Part shown: piece by piece, positions 7,490 to 16,361 of the stretch | Layout: each line of letters starts with the position of its first letter | How positions within the stretch are numbered: position 1 is the stretch's first letter | Position numbers and translations under genes: made by a program | Notes under the pieces: generated by a model | Seen by the model: the letters and a program-made list of their open reading frames with translations, nothing else | Database searches by the model: none | What the model was told of the DNA's origin: nothing | Assembly (NCBI GenBank): GCA_031370785.1 | Contig: JANMQY010000014.1 | Location: 1 to 35,562, forward strand | Direction: 5' to 3' | DNA: 35,562 nt | Source: Candidatus Eiseniibacteriota bacterium | GTDB taxonomy: Bacteria; Eisenbacteria; RBG-16-71-46

Positions 7490-9037
7490 GTGAAACAGAA
7501 AATCATCATCAACGCCGATTCCTACGAAACCCGTATCGCCATCCTCGAAGATGAAGAGCTCGCCGAGCTGTTCGTGGAGCGTGTCGAACAGCGCCGCCAC
7601 GTCGGCGACATCTACAAGGGCCGGGTCAATGCCGTGCTCCCGGGGATGCAGGCCGCCTTCGTCGACCTGGGGCTGCCCAAGACCGGTTTTCTCCACGCCT
7701 CCGATCTGGCCGAGTCGCTGACCGACCTCGAAGACATCTCGGACCTCGATGAGAGCGGCGACAAGGGCCGCCGCCGGCGCGCGCCGGTGCCCAAGATCGA
7801 AGACAGCCTGAAGAAGGGCCAGGAAGTGCTGGTGCAGATCACCAAGGAGTCGATCGGCACCAAGGGCCCGCGCGTTACCGCCCAGGTCAGCCTGCCCGGA
7901 CGCTTCTGCGTGCTCATGCCCGGCGTCGAGCACGTGGGCGTGTCGCGGCGCATCGAGGATCGCGCCGAGCGCCAGCGGATCAAGGCCATCATCTCGGATC
8001 AGAAGCCCAAGGGGGTCGGGCTCATCGCGCGCACTGCGGGAGAGGGCAAGGGTGATCCCGACTTTGCGGCCGACATCAAGCACCTGCACAAGCTGTGGCA
8101 GAAGGTCGAGCGTAAGGCCGCTTCGGTCCGGGCGCCCGCGGTCGTGCACCGCGAGCTCGAGATGACCGCGAGTCTGATCCGCGATCTGTTCACCGACGAC
8201 GTCGAAGAGGTGTTCATCGACGACAAGGACTCCTTCGCCGAGATCCAGGCCTACCTGAAGGCGGTATCCCCGGAGCTGCGCGACCGGGTGATCCTGTACA
8301 AGGGCCGCGAGCCGATCTTCGACGCCTTTGCGATCGAGCCGCAGATCGAGAAGACCTTCGAGCGCAAGGTGTGGCTCAAGAAGGGCGGCTACATCTGCAT
8401 CGACCACGCCGAGGCGCTGGTCGCGATCGACGTGAACACCGGGCGGTTCACCGGCAAGAAGAACCAGGAAGAGACCATCTTCCGCACCAACATGGAGGCC
8501 GCCAAGGAGGTGCCGCGCCAGCTGCGCCTGCGCGACATCGGCGGCATCATCGTGGTCGACTTCATCGACATGGAGATCGAAGCCAACAAGCGCGCGGTGC
8601 TGGACGAGATCCGCAAGGAATTGCGCAAGGATCGCGCGCGCACCAAGGCGTTCGCGGTCAGCGATCTGGGGCTGATCGAGATGACCCGCCAGCGCGAGCG
8701 TTCGAGCCTGCTCCACTACTACACCGAGGACTGCCCGCATTGCGATGGCCTCGGCAAGGTGCCGAGCCCCGAGACCATGCTGGTCAAGCTCGAGCGCGCC
8801 ATGCGCCGGGTGGCGGCGATGGGCAGCGAGAAACGCGTCACGGTGCGGGTCGCGCCCGAAGTCGCGCTGTTCTTCGTGGAGCAGGAGGGACGGCGCTTCG
8901 CCGAGCTGGAGAAGCGCTTCAAGCTCAAGGTCGACCTCAAGGACGATCCGCAGCTCAAGCGCGGCCAGATGCGCGTCTTCACCGAGATGAAGCACGAGCT
9001 GACCAAGCAGGTGGTGGGAGCGGTGCCGGGAACGTAA
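7490..9037 (+). CDS. rng: Rne/Rng family ribonuclease (RNase G-like)
   Basis: GDIYKGRV..VLPGMQAAFVD S1 domain, KGPRVT, IDVNTG, LRDIGGIIVVDFIDM, CPHC Zn-link; 515 aa with no long scaffold tail. Confidence 0.95.
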   Translation: MKQKIIINADSYETRIAILEDEELAELFVERVEQRRHVGDIYKGRVNAVLPGMQAAFVDLGLPKTGFLHASDLAESLTDLEDISDLDESGDKGRRRRAPVPKIEDSLKKGQEVLVQITKESIGTKGPRVTAQVSLPGRFCVLMPGVEHVGVSRRIEDRAERQRIKAIISDQKPKGVGLIARTAGEGKGDPDFAADIKHLHKLWQKVERKAASVRAPAVVHRELEMTASLIRDLFTDDVEEVFIDDKDSFAEIQAYLKAVSPELRDRVILYKGREPIFDAFAIEPQIEKTFERKVWLKKGGYICIDHAEALVAIDVNTGRFTGKKNQEETIFRTNMEAAKEVPRQLRLRDIGGIIVVDFIDMEIEANKRAVLDEIRKELRKDRARTKAFAVSDLGLIEMTRQRERSSLLHYYTEDCPHCDGLGKVPSPETMLVKLERAMRRVAAMGSEKRVTVRVAPEVALFFVEQEGRRFAELEKRFKLKVDLKDDPQLKRGQMRVFTEMKHELTKQVVGAVPGT

Positions 9038-9127
9038 CGAAGACGCAGTCGGAATCGTTTCAATCGTTGATTTCTTGATGTGAAGCGAGCACTGTTACCG
9101 AGCCCTCTGGACCGCCGCATGCATCCG

Positions 9128-9164
9128 AAGCCCTCCGGGCGTCTGAACGCCCGGAGGGCTTTTT
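9128..9164 (+). terminator. Rho-independent terminator after rng
   Basis: AAGCCCTCCGGGCGT-CTGA-ACGCCCGGAGGGCTT perfect stem ending in a T-tract. Confidence 0.88.
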
Positions 9165-9298
9165 CGTTCTCTGCGAACGGAAGCATGAGCCTCTGCGGTC
9201 ATTTCTTACGCGTTACTCCCAGCGGGATCATTACGCGGCGCCGTTCCCGGCGGCCGCGACCACCGCGAAAGCCGGATCCCGAGCCAAAGGAGAACGTC

Positions 9299-12200
9299 AT
9301 GCGCCCAACCCTCGCAGTCCTCTTCACCCTTGCGGCGCTGACATCCGGCTCGCGATCCGATGCCGCGGCCCCGGTCGCAGTCTGGCATCCGGCTTCCGTC
9401 GCTGCGTCCGCCGTGGCTGGCCGTTCTGGCGCTCCGCTCGCCGCGGAGGCGGGCCGCTCCGCCTCGCCTCTCGCCGCGGAATCGCTCAATCCCTCGGGCT
9501 GGGCCGTCGAGGGGAACGCCAATTTCCGCAAGCTGGGTTCGTCCGCGGTGACCGCGGGCGACGTCAATGCCGACGGCTACAGCGACGTGCTGGTCAGCGC
9601 CGAGGGCGGGAGTTCGGGCACGAGCTGGGTCTACCTCTATCTGGGTGGCCCCGGCGGACTCTCCACGGCTCCGTCGTGGTCCCGTACCGGATTCACCCAG
9701 GGGCCCAAGCTCGCCCCTCTCGGTGACGTGAACGGAGACGGGTACGGCGATTTTGTGATCGGCTACGGCAACATCGGCTCTCCGGGAAACGGCTTCGTGC
9801 AGGTCTGGTACGGCCGGTCCAATGGCAATCCGAACACCTTCTTCACCGTCAGCAGCTCGGCTGGCCCGTTCGGCTTTTCGGTCGGCAGCGCGGGCGACGT
9901 GAATGGCGACGGCTACGACGACGTGGTGGTCGGCAATCCCTCGGGCAGCTGCAACGGCACCGGCTCGGGCGGGTTCTCGCTCTACTTCGGCGCGCCCGCC
10001 GGCCTGACGACCGGCAACAGCGCCTCCTATTGCGTGTTCGGTCTCGCGGCCAACGCCCATCTCGGCTGGTCGGTCGGAACCGCGGGTGACGTGAATGGCG
10101 ACGGCTATGACGACGTGATCGCGGGCGCACCCGACTACGACACCGGTCGCGCCTATATCTACCTCGGAAGCTCCACCGGTCTGGGCGGCACGTTCACGCC
10201 CCCGGATGTCACCCTCATCGGGCCCGAGCCCAACGGTCGCTTCGGCTATTCGGTCTCGACCGCGGGCGACGCGAATGGGGACGGCTACTCGGACGTCGTC
10301 ATCGGCGCGCCGTCTGTCGACAGCGGCACCATTCTCGACATGGGTATGGCGTACGCCTACGCAGGAGGGGCTTCACTGGCCATGCCCTGGCTGTGGCAGA
10401 TCGGCGGGTGTTGCACCAACAACCAGTTCGGAGCGACGGTCGCGCCAGCGGGGGATCTGGACGGCGATGGCTACGCGGACTTCGTCGTGTCCGGGCCAGG
10501 GGTCAATGGTGGGGCTGTGGCGTCGGGAGCGGTGTGGGTTCAGTTCGGCGGCTCGACCGTGATCTATACGAACGCTCTGGAGATTGACGGCACGCAGACC
10601 AACGAGGCTTTCGGTTCCGGCGTCGGCACCGCCGGGGATACGGATGGAGACGGCTTCAGCGATCTCATCGTGGGCGGCCCGGGCTGGACCAATCCCGAGA
10701 ACACCGAGGGCCATGTGGTGCTGTATCGCGGCGGCGCGGATGGCCCGCAGCTGACGGCGCTATGGACCACGTTCGGATCCCAGCTCCAGCAGAACGTCGG
10801 CTGGTCGGTGGCCGCAGCGGGCGACGTCAATGGAGATGGCTACGCGGATACGATCGTGGGTTGCCCGGGCTACGACGCCAGCGAATTCGATCAGGATCTC
10901 GGCTTCGCCTACATCTTCCTCGGTAGCGCGCTCGGCCTCGACGCCTCCTACAGCTGGATTGCATTCGGCGACGTGAGCTCGGGAAGCCAGGGCCTGAGTG
11001 TGGCCGGGGCTGGAGACGTGAACGGCGACGGCTACGAAGACGTTCTCGTCGGGCAGCCGGGAGTGGCGAAAGCGAAATTGTTCTACGGCGCGGCGGGCGC
11101 CATGTCCGCGACGCCCGCGTGGACCGGGTCGGGCAAGACCGGATCGCTGTATGGCTGGAGCGTGGCGGGAGCAGGCGACGTCAATCGCGACGGCTACGCC
11201 GATTTCCTCGTGGGCGCGCCGACCGACGACGGCGGCGGGGCTGGCGCCGGCCGCGCGCAGCTCTACCTCGGCGGGCCGGGCGGTCCATCTACCACGCCTT
11301 CTCAGGTCTTCATCGGGACCCAGATCGGCGAGCAACTCGGCGAAGCCGTGGCGGGAGTCGGCGACATCAACGGCGACGGGCACAGCGACATCGCGATCGG
11401 CGCGCCTCAGTACGATGCTCCGGGTCACGGTGGAGGCCTCGTCGATGCCGGGCGCGTTCTCGTCTATCTCGGGGACCTGGTCAATGTGCACGAGACGCCC
11501 GACTTCGTGCTCGTCGCCGCAGGCAACGACCGCTTCGGCTCGCGCATCGCGGGCCCGGGCGATGTGAATGGCGACGGCTTCTCGGATGTCGCGATCGGGG
11601 CTCCGTATTTCACTTCGTCTCTCGTGCACGCGGGCCAGGTGAAGGTGTTCCTGGGCTCGGCGAGCGGCCTCGCCACCACCTCCGGCTGGACCATCAATGG
11701 AGACGAGACCGAGGGGCAGCTCGGCTGGATGGCCTCGAGCGCAGGCGACGTGAACGCGGACGGCGCGAGCGATCTGCTGGTCGGCTCCTACGTCCTCGGA
11801 GCTTCCGATGCGGGTCGCGCGTTCGTTTACTCGGGGCTCGGCAGCACGATCCCGTTCTGGACGCGCAACGGCGACCTTCCCGGCGACTGGTTCGGGTTTG
11901 CGGGCGCGGGCGTCGGCGACGTGAACGGCGATGGCTTCGGCGATCTCGCGATCAGCGCCATCGCCGCCGACATCGTCTCGGGCGATGACGGGCGGGTCTC
12001 TCAGTTCCTCGGCAACCTGCGCGACGGAGACTACGGGCTCGACCGGTTCACGCTCATCCGGCGCAGCCTTGCGACCACCACGCCGGTCGCGCCGCAGGGC
12101 ACCACCGATCAGACCGACCGAGTGCGCCTGAGCGCGAAGGGACGCACCGCTGCGGGTACGGGTGTGCTCGGGCTCGATTACCGGCTGACTCCGACCACCG

Positions 12201-12739
12201 GCGGCGGCCCGGTACTGAAGGGGCAGGTCGGCACCTGGGTTCAGGTGTTGCCGGGGGCCGGCGGTGCCTCGGGCATGATCGGAGATCTCCAGACCGGACT
12301 CGCCCCGAACAAGGACTACGCGCTTCAGCTGCGCGTCCGGGCGCCTCACAAGCCGTACTTCCCGTGGACGCCGTGGCTGAGCCCGGCACTGGGTGGACGG
12401 GCGATGATGGACTTCCGCACGAAAGCCGCCACCAACGCTGTCGCACTCGGGGGTGGTGCGCCGGGTGTGATGTTCGCGGCGCCGAGTCCGAATCCTTCGC
12501 ACGAAATGACCGGTCTCGAGTTCTCGATTCCGTCGCGCGGACAAGTGAGGCTGGCGGTCTACGATCTGGCTGGCCGGGAAATCGTCCGGCTCGCCGACGG
12601 CTCCTTCGCCGCCGGAATGCACCGCACGGAATGGCGCGGTGTCGACCAGAAGGGGCGCGCGGTCGGCGCCGGGATCTACTTCGCGAAGCTCGAGACCGGC
12701 GGAAGCACGAAGGTGCAGCGGCTGGTGCGACTGAAGTAA
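9299..12739 (+). CDS. Secreted FG-GAP (integrin-alpha-like) repeat protein with C-terminal FlgD-Ig/T9SS-like domain
   Basis: AAGGAG RBS, signal peptide MRPTLAVLFTLAAL, 14 GD[VALTI][ND]xDG repeats, C-terminal PSPNP...VYDLAGR...GAGIYFAKL. Confidence 0.9.
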   Translation: MRPTLAVLFTLAALTSGSRSDAAAPVAVWHPASVAASAVAGRSGAPLAAEAGRSASPLAAESLNPSGWAVEGNANFRKLGSSAVTAGDVNADGYSDVLVSAEGGSSGTSWVYLYLGGPGGLSTAPSWSRTGFTQGPKLAPLGDVNGDGYGDFVIGYGNIGSPGNGFVQVWYGRSNGNPNTFFTVSSSAGPFGFSVGSAGDVNGDGYDDVVVGNPSGSCNGTGSGGFSLYFGAPAGLTTGNSASYCVFGLAANAHLGWSVGTAGDVNGDGYDDVIAGAPDYDTGRAYIYLGSSTGLGGTFTPPDVTLIGPEPNGRFGYSVSTAGDANGDGYSDVVIGAPSVDSGTILDMGMAYAYAGGASLAMPWLWQIGGCCTNNQFGATVAPAGDLDGDGYADFVVSGPGVNGGAVASGAVWVQFGGSTVIYTNALEIDGTQTNEAFGSGVGTAGDTDGDGFSDLIVGGPGWTNPENTEGHVVLYRGGADGPQLTALWTTFGSQLQQNVGWSVAAAGDVNGDGYADTIVGCPGYDASEFDQDLGFAYIFLGSALGLDASYSWIAFGDVSSGSQGLSVAGAGDVNGDGYEDVLVGQPGVAKAKLFYGAAGAMSATPAWTGSGKTGSLYGWSVAGAGDVNRDGYADFLVGAPTDDGGGAGAGRAQLYLGGPGGPSTTPSQVFIGTQIGEQLGEAVAGVGDINGDGHSDIAIGAPQYDAPGHGGGLVDAGRVLVYLGDLVNVHETPDFVLVAAGNDRFGSRIAGPGDVNGDGFSDVAIGAPYFTSSLVHAGQVKVFLGSASGLATTSGWTINGDETEGQLGWMASSAGDVNADGASDLLVGSYVLGASDAGRAFVYSGLGSTIPFWTRNGDLPGDWFGFAGAGVGDVNGDGFGDLAISAIAADIVSGDDGRVSQFLGNLRDGDYGLDRFTLIRRSLATTTPVAPQGTTDQTDRVRLSAKGRTAAGTGVLGLDYRLTPTTGGGPVLKGQVGTWVQVLPGAGGASGMIGDLQTGLAPNKDYALQLRVRAPHKPYFPWTPWLSPALGGRAMMDFRTKAATNAVALGGGAPGVMFAAPSPNPSHEMTGLEFSIPSRGQVRLAVYDLAGREIVRLADGSFAAGMHRTEWRGVDQKGRAVGAGIYFAKLETGGSTKVQRLVRLK

Positions 12740-12776
12740 TCCTGTCGGTAATCCGGATTCACGCGACGATTGCGCT

Positions 12777-12799
12777 GGCCCCCCGCATCGCGGGGGGCC
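12777..12799. terminator. GC hairpin between convergent genes
   Basis: GGCCCCCCGC-ATC-GCGGGGGGCC perfect 10-bp stem; U-tract weak. Confidence 0.55.
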
Positions 12800-12845
12800 T
12801 TGCGCTTGAAATCGTCGAGGCGGATGGAGCCGCGCAAGCAGCGCT

Positions 12846-13421
12846 TCAGTTGATCAGCTTGCGAAAACTGAGCGGGCGCTGCAGGTGCTCGAAGCCAGCG
12901 CGAGTCGGTGCGTTCATCTGCGCGATCACGCGCTCCAGAGAGCGCATGGTATTGAGGTCGTCGATCACGCCACGACTGGGCGGCGGGCCGGATACCACTA
13001 GAACCAGGCGCAGGGGCACGGAGAGGTAGCTCCACACCTGAGCCGCGGCGCGACTCGGCGGGTAGCCCGGCAACACCACGATCACATCGCTCTCGATCGA
13101 GCTCTCAGCCAGCGGCGCCAGCGCTTCGATGTTCGCCGGCCACTCCGCGAGCGAGATCACCACGTGCTGGACCAGCGGCACCTGCAGCGCGTCGTGAAAT
13201 TCCGAAGCGGTGGGCAGGCGATGGAACTGAACCGTGGTGCCCAGGCGCAGATCGGTGCGGTCGAGGATCAAAGGATCCGCAGTCGAGGCATCGAGCGGCG
13301 GGGCGTACCTGTCGATGGAGTTCGAGACGTCCGCCGGGCCCGAAGAGAGGGGCGGGGCGCCAGTCGCGCAGCCGAGCAGCGCGCCGGTGGCGAAGGGAAC
13401 GAGGAACTTCAGTCGTCGCAT
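12846..13421 (-). CDS. Hypothetical lipoprotein
   Basis: GGAGG RBS; MRRLKFLVPFATGALLG-C lipobox; 191 aa with alternating hydrophobic strands and helices. Confidence 0.75.
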   Translation of the reverse strand: MRRLKFLVPFATGALLGCATGAPPLSSGPADVSNSIDRYAPPLDASTADPLILDRTDLRLGTTVQFHRLPTASEFHDALQVPLVQHVVISLAEWPANIEALAPLAESSIESDVIVVLPGYPPSRAAAQVWSYLSVPLRLVLVVSGPPPSRGVIDDLNTMRSLERVIAQMNAPTRAGFEHLQRPLSFRKLIN

Positions 13422-13533
13422 GAAAGCCTCCGATTCGGATGGTGAACGGCCCGACCATCGGGCCCCGGGCACCGGCGACGCAAGCGAATCGGCACATGTC
13501 CCGGCGGCAACCGAGCCGACTCGGCCCCGCGCC

Positions 13534-13563
13534 TTGACACTTCTTCCGCCGGCGTGATAAAAA
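13534..13563 (+). promoter_or_regulatory. Putative sigma70 promoter for rplU-rpmA
   Basis: TTGACA followed at about 17-18 nt by AT-rich TGATAAAAACT. Confidence 0.55.
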
Positions 13564-13662
13564 CTTCGGTTCCTGTGGCACCCTGAGGCGTGCATCCCCC
13601 GGCTTGATGGCGGGAACGCATTGCCGCCCAACCCATTCTCGAGATCCGGAGACGCACCGCCG

Positions 13663-13974
13663 ATGTACGCCATCGTCAACATCAACGGCATTCAGACCAG
13701 GGTGACGCCCGACGAGGTGCTCGAAGTGGCGCGCCTGGTGGGCGAGCCGGGCGCCAAGCTCACGTTTCCCAATGTGCTGCTGGTCGCGAGCGGCGACAAG
13801 ATCACGGTGGGCCAGCCTTACGTGAAGGGCGCGAGCCTCACCGCCGAAGTCATCGATCACCATCGCGGCGAGAAGCTCAGGATCTTCAAGTTCAAGCGCC
13901 GGCGGGAATATCGCCGCCGGCGCGGCTATCGCAGCGAGCTCACGAGCATCCGCGTGACAGGAATCCAGGTCTAG
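13663..13974 (+). CDS. rplU: 50S ribosomal protein L21
   Basis: MYAIVNINGIQTRV...GQPYVKGA...RGEKLRIFKFKRR...GYRSELT; upstream of rpmA. Confidence 0.97.
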   Translation: MYAIVNINGIQTRVTPDEVLEVARLVGEPGAKLTFPNVLLVASGDKITVGQPYVKGASLTAEVIDHHRGEKLRIFKFKRRREYRRRRGYRSELTSIRVTGIQV

Positions 13975-13983
13975 GGGCGCGCC

Positions 13984-14256
13984 ATGGCTCATAAAAAAGG
14001 TCAGTCCTCGTCCAGAAACAACCGCGAGTCGAACGCGCAGCGCCTTGGCGTCAAGCGCTTCGGTGGACAGCACGTGCTCTCGGGCAACATCCTCGTGCGT
14101 CAGCGCGGAACCAAGATTTTCCCGGGACTCAACGTCGGGATCGGGAGCGACGACACCCTGTTCGCGATGATCGATGGCGACGTGAAGTTCACGCGTTACC
14201 GCGGCACCCGCAGGAAGGTGCACGTGCTGCCACCGGACGCGGCCGCGAAGAACTAG
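13984..14256 (+). CDS. rpmA: 50S ribosomal protein L27
   Basis: [12 protein letters not shown]...[10 protein letters not shown]...[10 protein letters not shown]. Confidence 0.98.
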   Translation: MAHKKGQSSSRNNRESNAQRLGVKRFGGQHVLSGNILVRQRGTKIFPGLNVGIGSDDTLFAMIDGDVKFTRYRGTRRKVHVLPPDAAAKN

Positions 14257-14274
14257 CAGCTTCCTATCGACCGG

Positions 14275-14320
14275 CGCCGCGCCCCAGGGGATGAACTCCC
14301 GAAGGCGCGGCGTTTCGTTT
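14275..14320 (+). terminator. Probable terminator after rpmA
   Basis: CGCCGCGCC...GGCGCGGCG stem followed by TTTCGTTT. Confidence 0.55.
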
Positions 14321-14351
14321 GCAGACCGAACTCGACTCCAAGGAGGGTGTG

Positions 14352-15284
14352 GTGAAGAACAAGGTCGCCGTGATCGGCGCAGGGAACGTGGGCGCCAGCG
14401 CCGCGCTGTACATCGCCGAACGCGGGCTCGGAGACGTCGTGCTGATCGACCGTCCCGAGATGGAAGGCATGCCGCAGGGCAAGGCGCTCGACATGCAGCA
14501 GAGCGCGCCACTGTGGCACAAGGGCGGCAGGGTCGAGGGCGCGACCGATCTGGCGGCGGTCAAGGGCTGCGACGTGGTGGTGATGACCGCCGGCTTCCCG
14601 CGCAAGCCCGGCATGTCGCGCTCGGATCTGCTCAAGGCCAACGCCGACATCATCCGCCCCGCTGCCGAAGCCGTGAAGAAGAACGCGCCCAACGCCACCG
14701 TCGTGGTCGTGACCAATCCGCTCGACGTGATGGCGCACCTGTTCTGGAAGGTCACCGGCTTCCCCAAGAGTCGGGTGATCGGCATGGCCGGCATCCTCGA
14801 CTCCGCGCGCATGCGCGCGTTCATCGCGATGGAGCTGGGCGTCTCAGGGGCAGACGTCGACGCGATGGTGCTGGGCGGACACGGCGACTCGATGGTGCCG
14901 ATGCCGCGCTTCACCACGGTCGGTGGGATCGCGCTCGGCGAGCTGCTGAGCGCCGATCGAATCGCCGCGATCGCGCAGAGAACCCGCGACGGCGGCGCCG
15001 AGATCGTGAAGCTCCTGAAGACCGGCTCCGCCTACTATGCGCCCGCGATGAGCGCGGTCGAGATGGTCGAAGCCATCCTGACCGATCAGAAGCGCCTGGT
15101 GCCGTGCTCGGTGCTGCTCGAGGGCGAGTATGGGCTGCGCGGCCTCTTCATCGGCGTGCCGATCATCCTCGGCGCGAAAGGCGTGGAAAAGATCATCGAG
15201 CTGAAACTCACCCCCGAAGAATCCGCCGCGCTCCAGAAGAGCGGGAAGGACGTGGCGGAGATGATCGCGGAGCTGGGTGCGTGA
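14352..15284 (+). CDS. mdh: Malate dehydrogenase (LDH-like)
   Basis: VIGAGNVG, GKALD, TAGFPRKPGMSRSDLL, VTNPLD, GGHGD, TGSAYYAP; AAGGAGG RBS. Confidence 0.95.
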   Translation: MKNKVAVIGAGNVGASAALYIAERGLGDVVLIDRPEMEGMPQGKALDMQQSAPLWHKGGRVEGATDLAAVKGCDVVVMTAGFPRKPGMSRSDLLKANADIIRPAAEAVKKNAPNATVVVVTNPLDVMAHLFWKVTGFPKSRVIGMAGILDSARMRAFIAMELGVSGADVDAMVLGGHGDSMVPMPRFTTVGGIALGELLSADRIAAIAQRTRDGGAEIVKLLKTGSAYYAPAMSAVEMVEAILTDQKRLVPCSVLLEGEYGLRGLFIGVPIILGAKGVEKIIELKLTPEESAALQKSGKDVAEMIAELGA

Positions 15285-15351
15285 CGAGGGCGATCGCGCG
15301 CGGCGCCTTTGCAAGGCGCTCCGAACGTGATGCCCTGCGGGCGGATCTCGC

Positions 15352-16086
15352 GTGAGTGAAGGAGCCACGGTCCTCGCCGTGATCCCCGCGCGCTTCGCGG
15401 CCCAGCGATTCCCCGGCAAGCCGCTGGCGATGCTGTGGGGCAGGCCCATGCTCCAGCACGTGTGGGAGAGGGCGCGCGCGGCGAAGGGGATCGACGAGCT
15501 GGTGATCGCGACCGACGATGATCGCATCGCGAGCGCGGCGCGCGCATGGGGCGCGACGGTCGAGATGACCTCCCCGGCTTGCACCAGCGGCACCGACCGT
15601 GTCGCGGAAGTTGCGAAAAGGCGCCCCAAGGCCGAGATCGTCCTCAACCTTCAGGGTGACGAGCCGGAGCTCGAGACCGAGGCGGTCTCGCGCCTGATCG
15701 AGGCGATGCAGCGCGACCCGAAGATTCGCATGGGCACGATCGCGCACCACGAGCCGGATGCGCGAGTGCTCGCTTCGGAAGATGTGGTCAAGGTGGTGGT
15801 GGACGCGGAGGGATTCGCGCTCTACTTCAGCCGCGCGGACCTGGCGGGCGCTTCGAAAGGCGGGCCGGCGCTGCGCCATGCGGGCGTCTACGCGTTCCGG
15901 CGCGATCTCCTGCTCGAGTTCGCCGCGTGGCCGCCTTCGCCGCTCGAGAAAGCGGAGCGCCTCGAGCAGCTGCGCGCGCTCGAGCGCGGCGTGCGGATCA
16001 AGGTCGTGCTCGGCTCGCGGCCGTTCGCGGGCGTGGACACTCCGGAGCAGATGGCGGCGCTGGCCAAGCGGGGACCGCGAGGATAG
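15352..16086 (+). CDS. kdsB: 3-deoxy-manno-octulosonate cytidylyltransferase
   Basis: IPAR...RFPGKPL, SGTDRVAE, NLQGDEP, ALYFSR, ERLEQLRALE, VDTPE. Confidence 0.95.
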   Translation: MSEGATVLAVIPARFAAQRFPGKPLAMLWGRPMLQHVWERARAAKGIDELVIATDDDRIASAARAWGATVEMTSPACTSGTDRVAEVAKRRPKAEIVLNLQGDEPELETEAVSRLIEAMQRDPKIRMGTIAHHEPDARVLASEDVVKVVVDAEGFALYFSRADLAGASKGGPALRHAGVYAFRRDLLLEFAAWPPSPLEKAERLEQLRALERGVRIKVVLGSRPFAGVDTPEQMAALAKRGPRG

Positions 16087-16223
16087 AGACTGGCCCCGGG
16101 CCCAGTTGTCGCATCCGCCCCGCAAACTCGTTCCAGAACGAGTTGCCCAGTCTGCGCCAGGCGTGATGGCGGCCACCGCAAACCTGTGCTAGTTTGCAGT
16201 CCCGTGCTGAGCCGGCATGGGTT

Positions 16224-16271
16224 CGATGTCGCCGCCGTCTCGGACTATCCGGGACGGCGCGTCGTGTTTTT
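16224..16271 (+). terminator. Terminator-like hairpin upstream of pyrG
   Basis: CGCCGTCTCGGA-CTA-TCCGGGACGGCG, extendable by CGATG/CGTCG, followed by TTTTT. Confidence 0.55.
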
Positions 16272-16361
16272 GGGTCTGGGGGCGTCGAGCGGGTGAGAGA
16301 GCAGGGTCGGCCGCACGGAGTGGTGGCCGAAGCATCAGTTCCAGGACCTGGAGGGTCGATC

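Noticed and set aside
4606..7512. Long antisense ORFs (968 aa here; also 7424-8995, 10760-12622, 16335-18119, 23927-25759, 26518-28170, 29167-31620)
   Set aside because: They mirror well-supported genes, have no recognisable motifs, and are expected shadow frames in GC-rich coding DNA.
9080..9298. Upstream extensions in the ORF track (FG-GAP protein, kinase, pyrG, kdsA, GH57s, PGI/PMI, epimerase)
   Set aside because: They cross terminators, promoters or neighbouring genes. Downstream starts with an RBS or stop/start overlap fit better.
9165..9298. Possible c-di-GMP riboswitch before the FG-GAP gene
   Set aside because: Only a partial GCGAAAGCC resemblance; the two-hairpin core could not be built.
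9550..11950. Recurring GGCGACGTGAACGGCGACGG DNA repeats as a possible CRISPR or repeat array
   Set aside because: Degenerate, in-frame and about 150-200 nt apart; they encode the FG-GAP motifs. No cas genes are present.
13975..13983. Absence of prp (ysxB) between rplU and rpmA
   Set aside because: L27 starts MAHKKG with no N-terminal extension, so Prp is not needed. This is normal.
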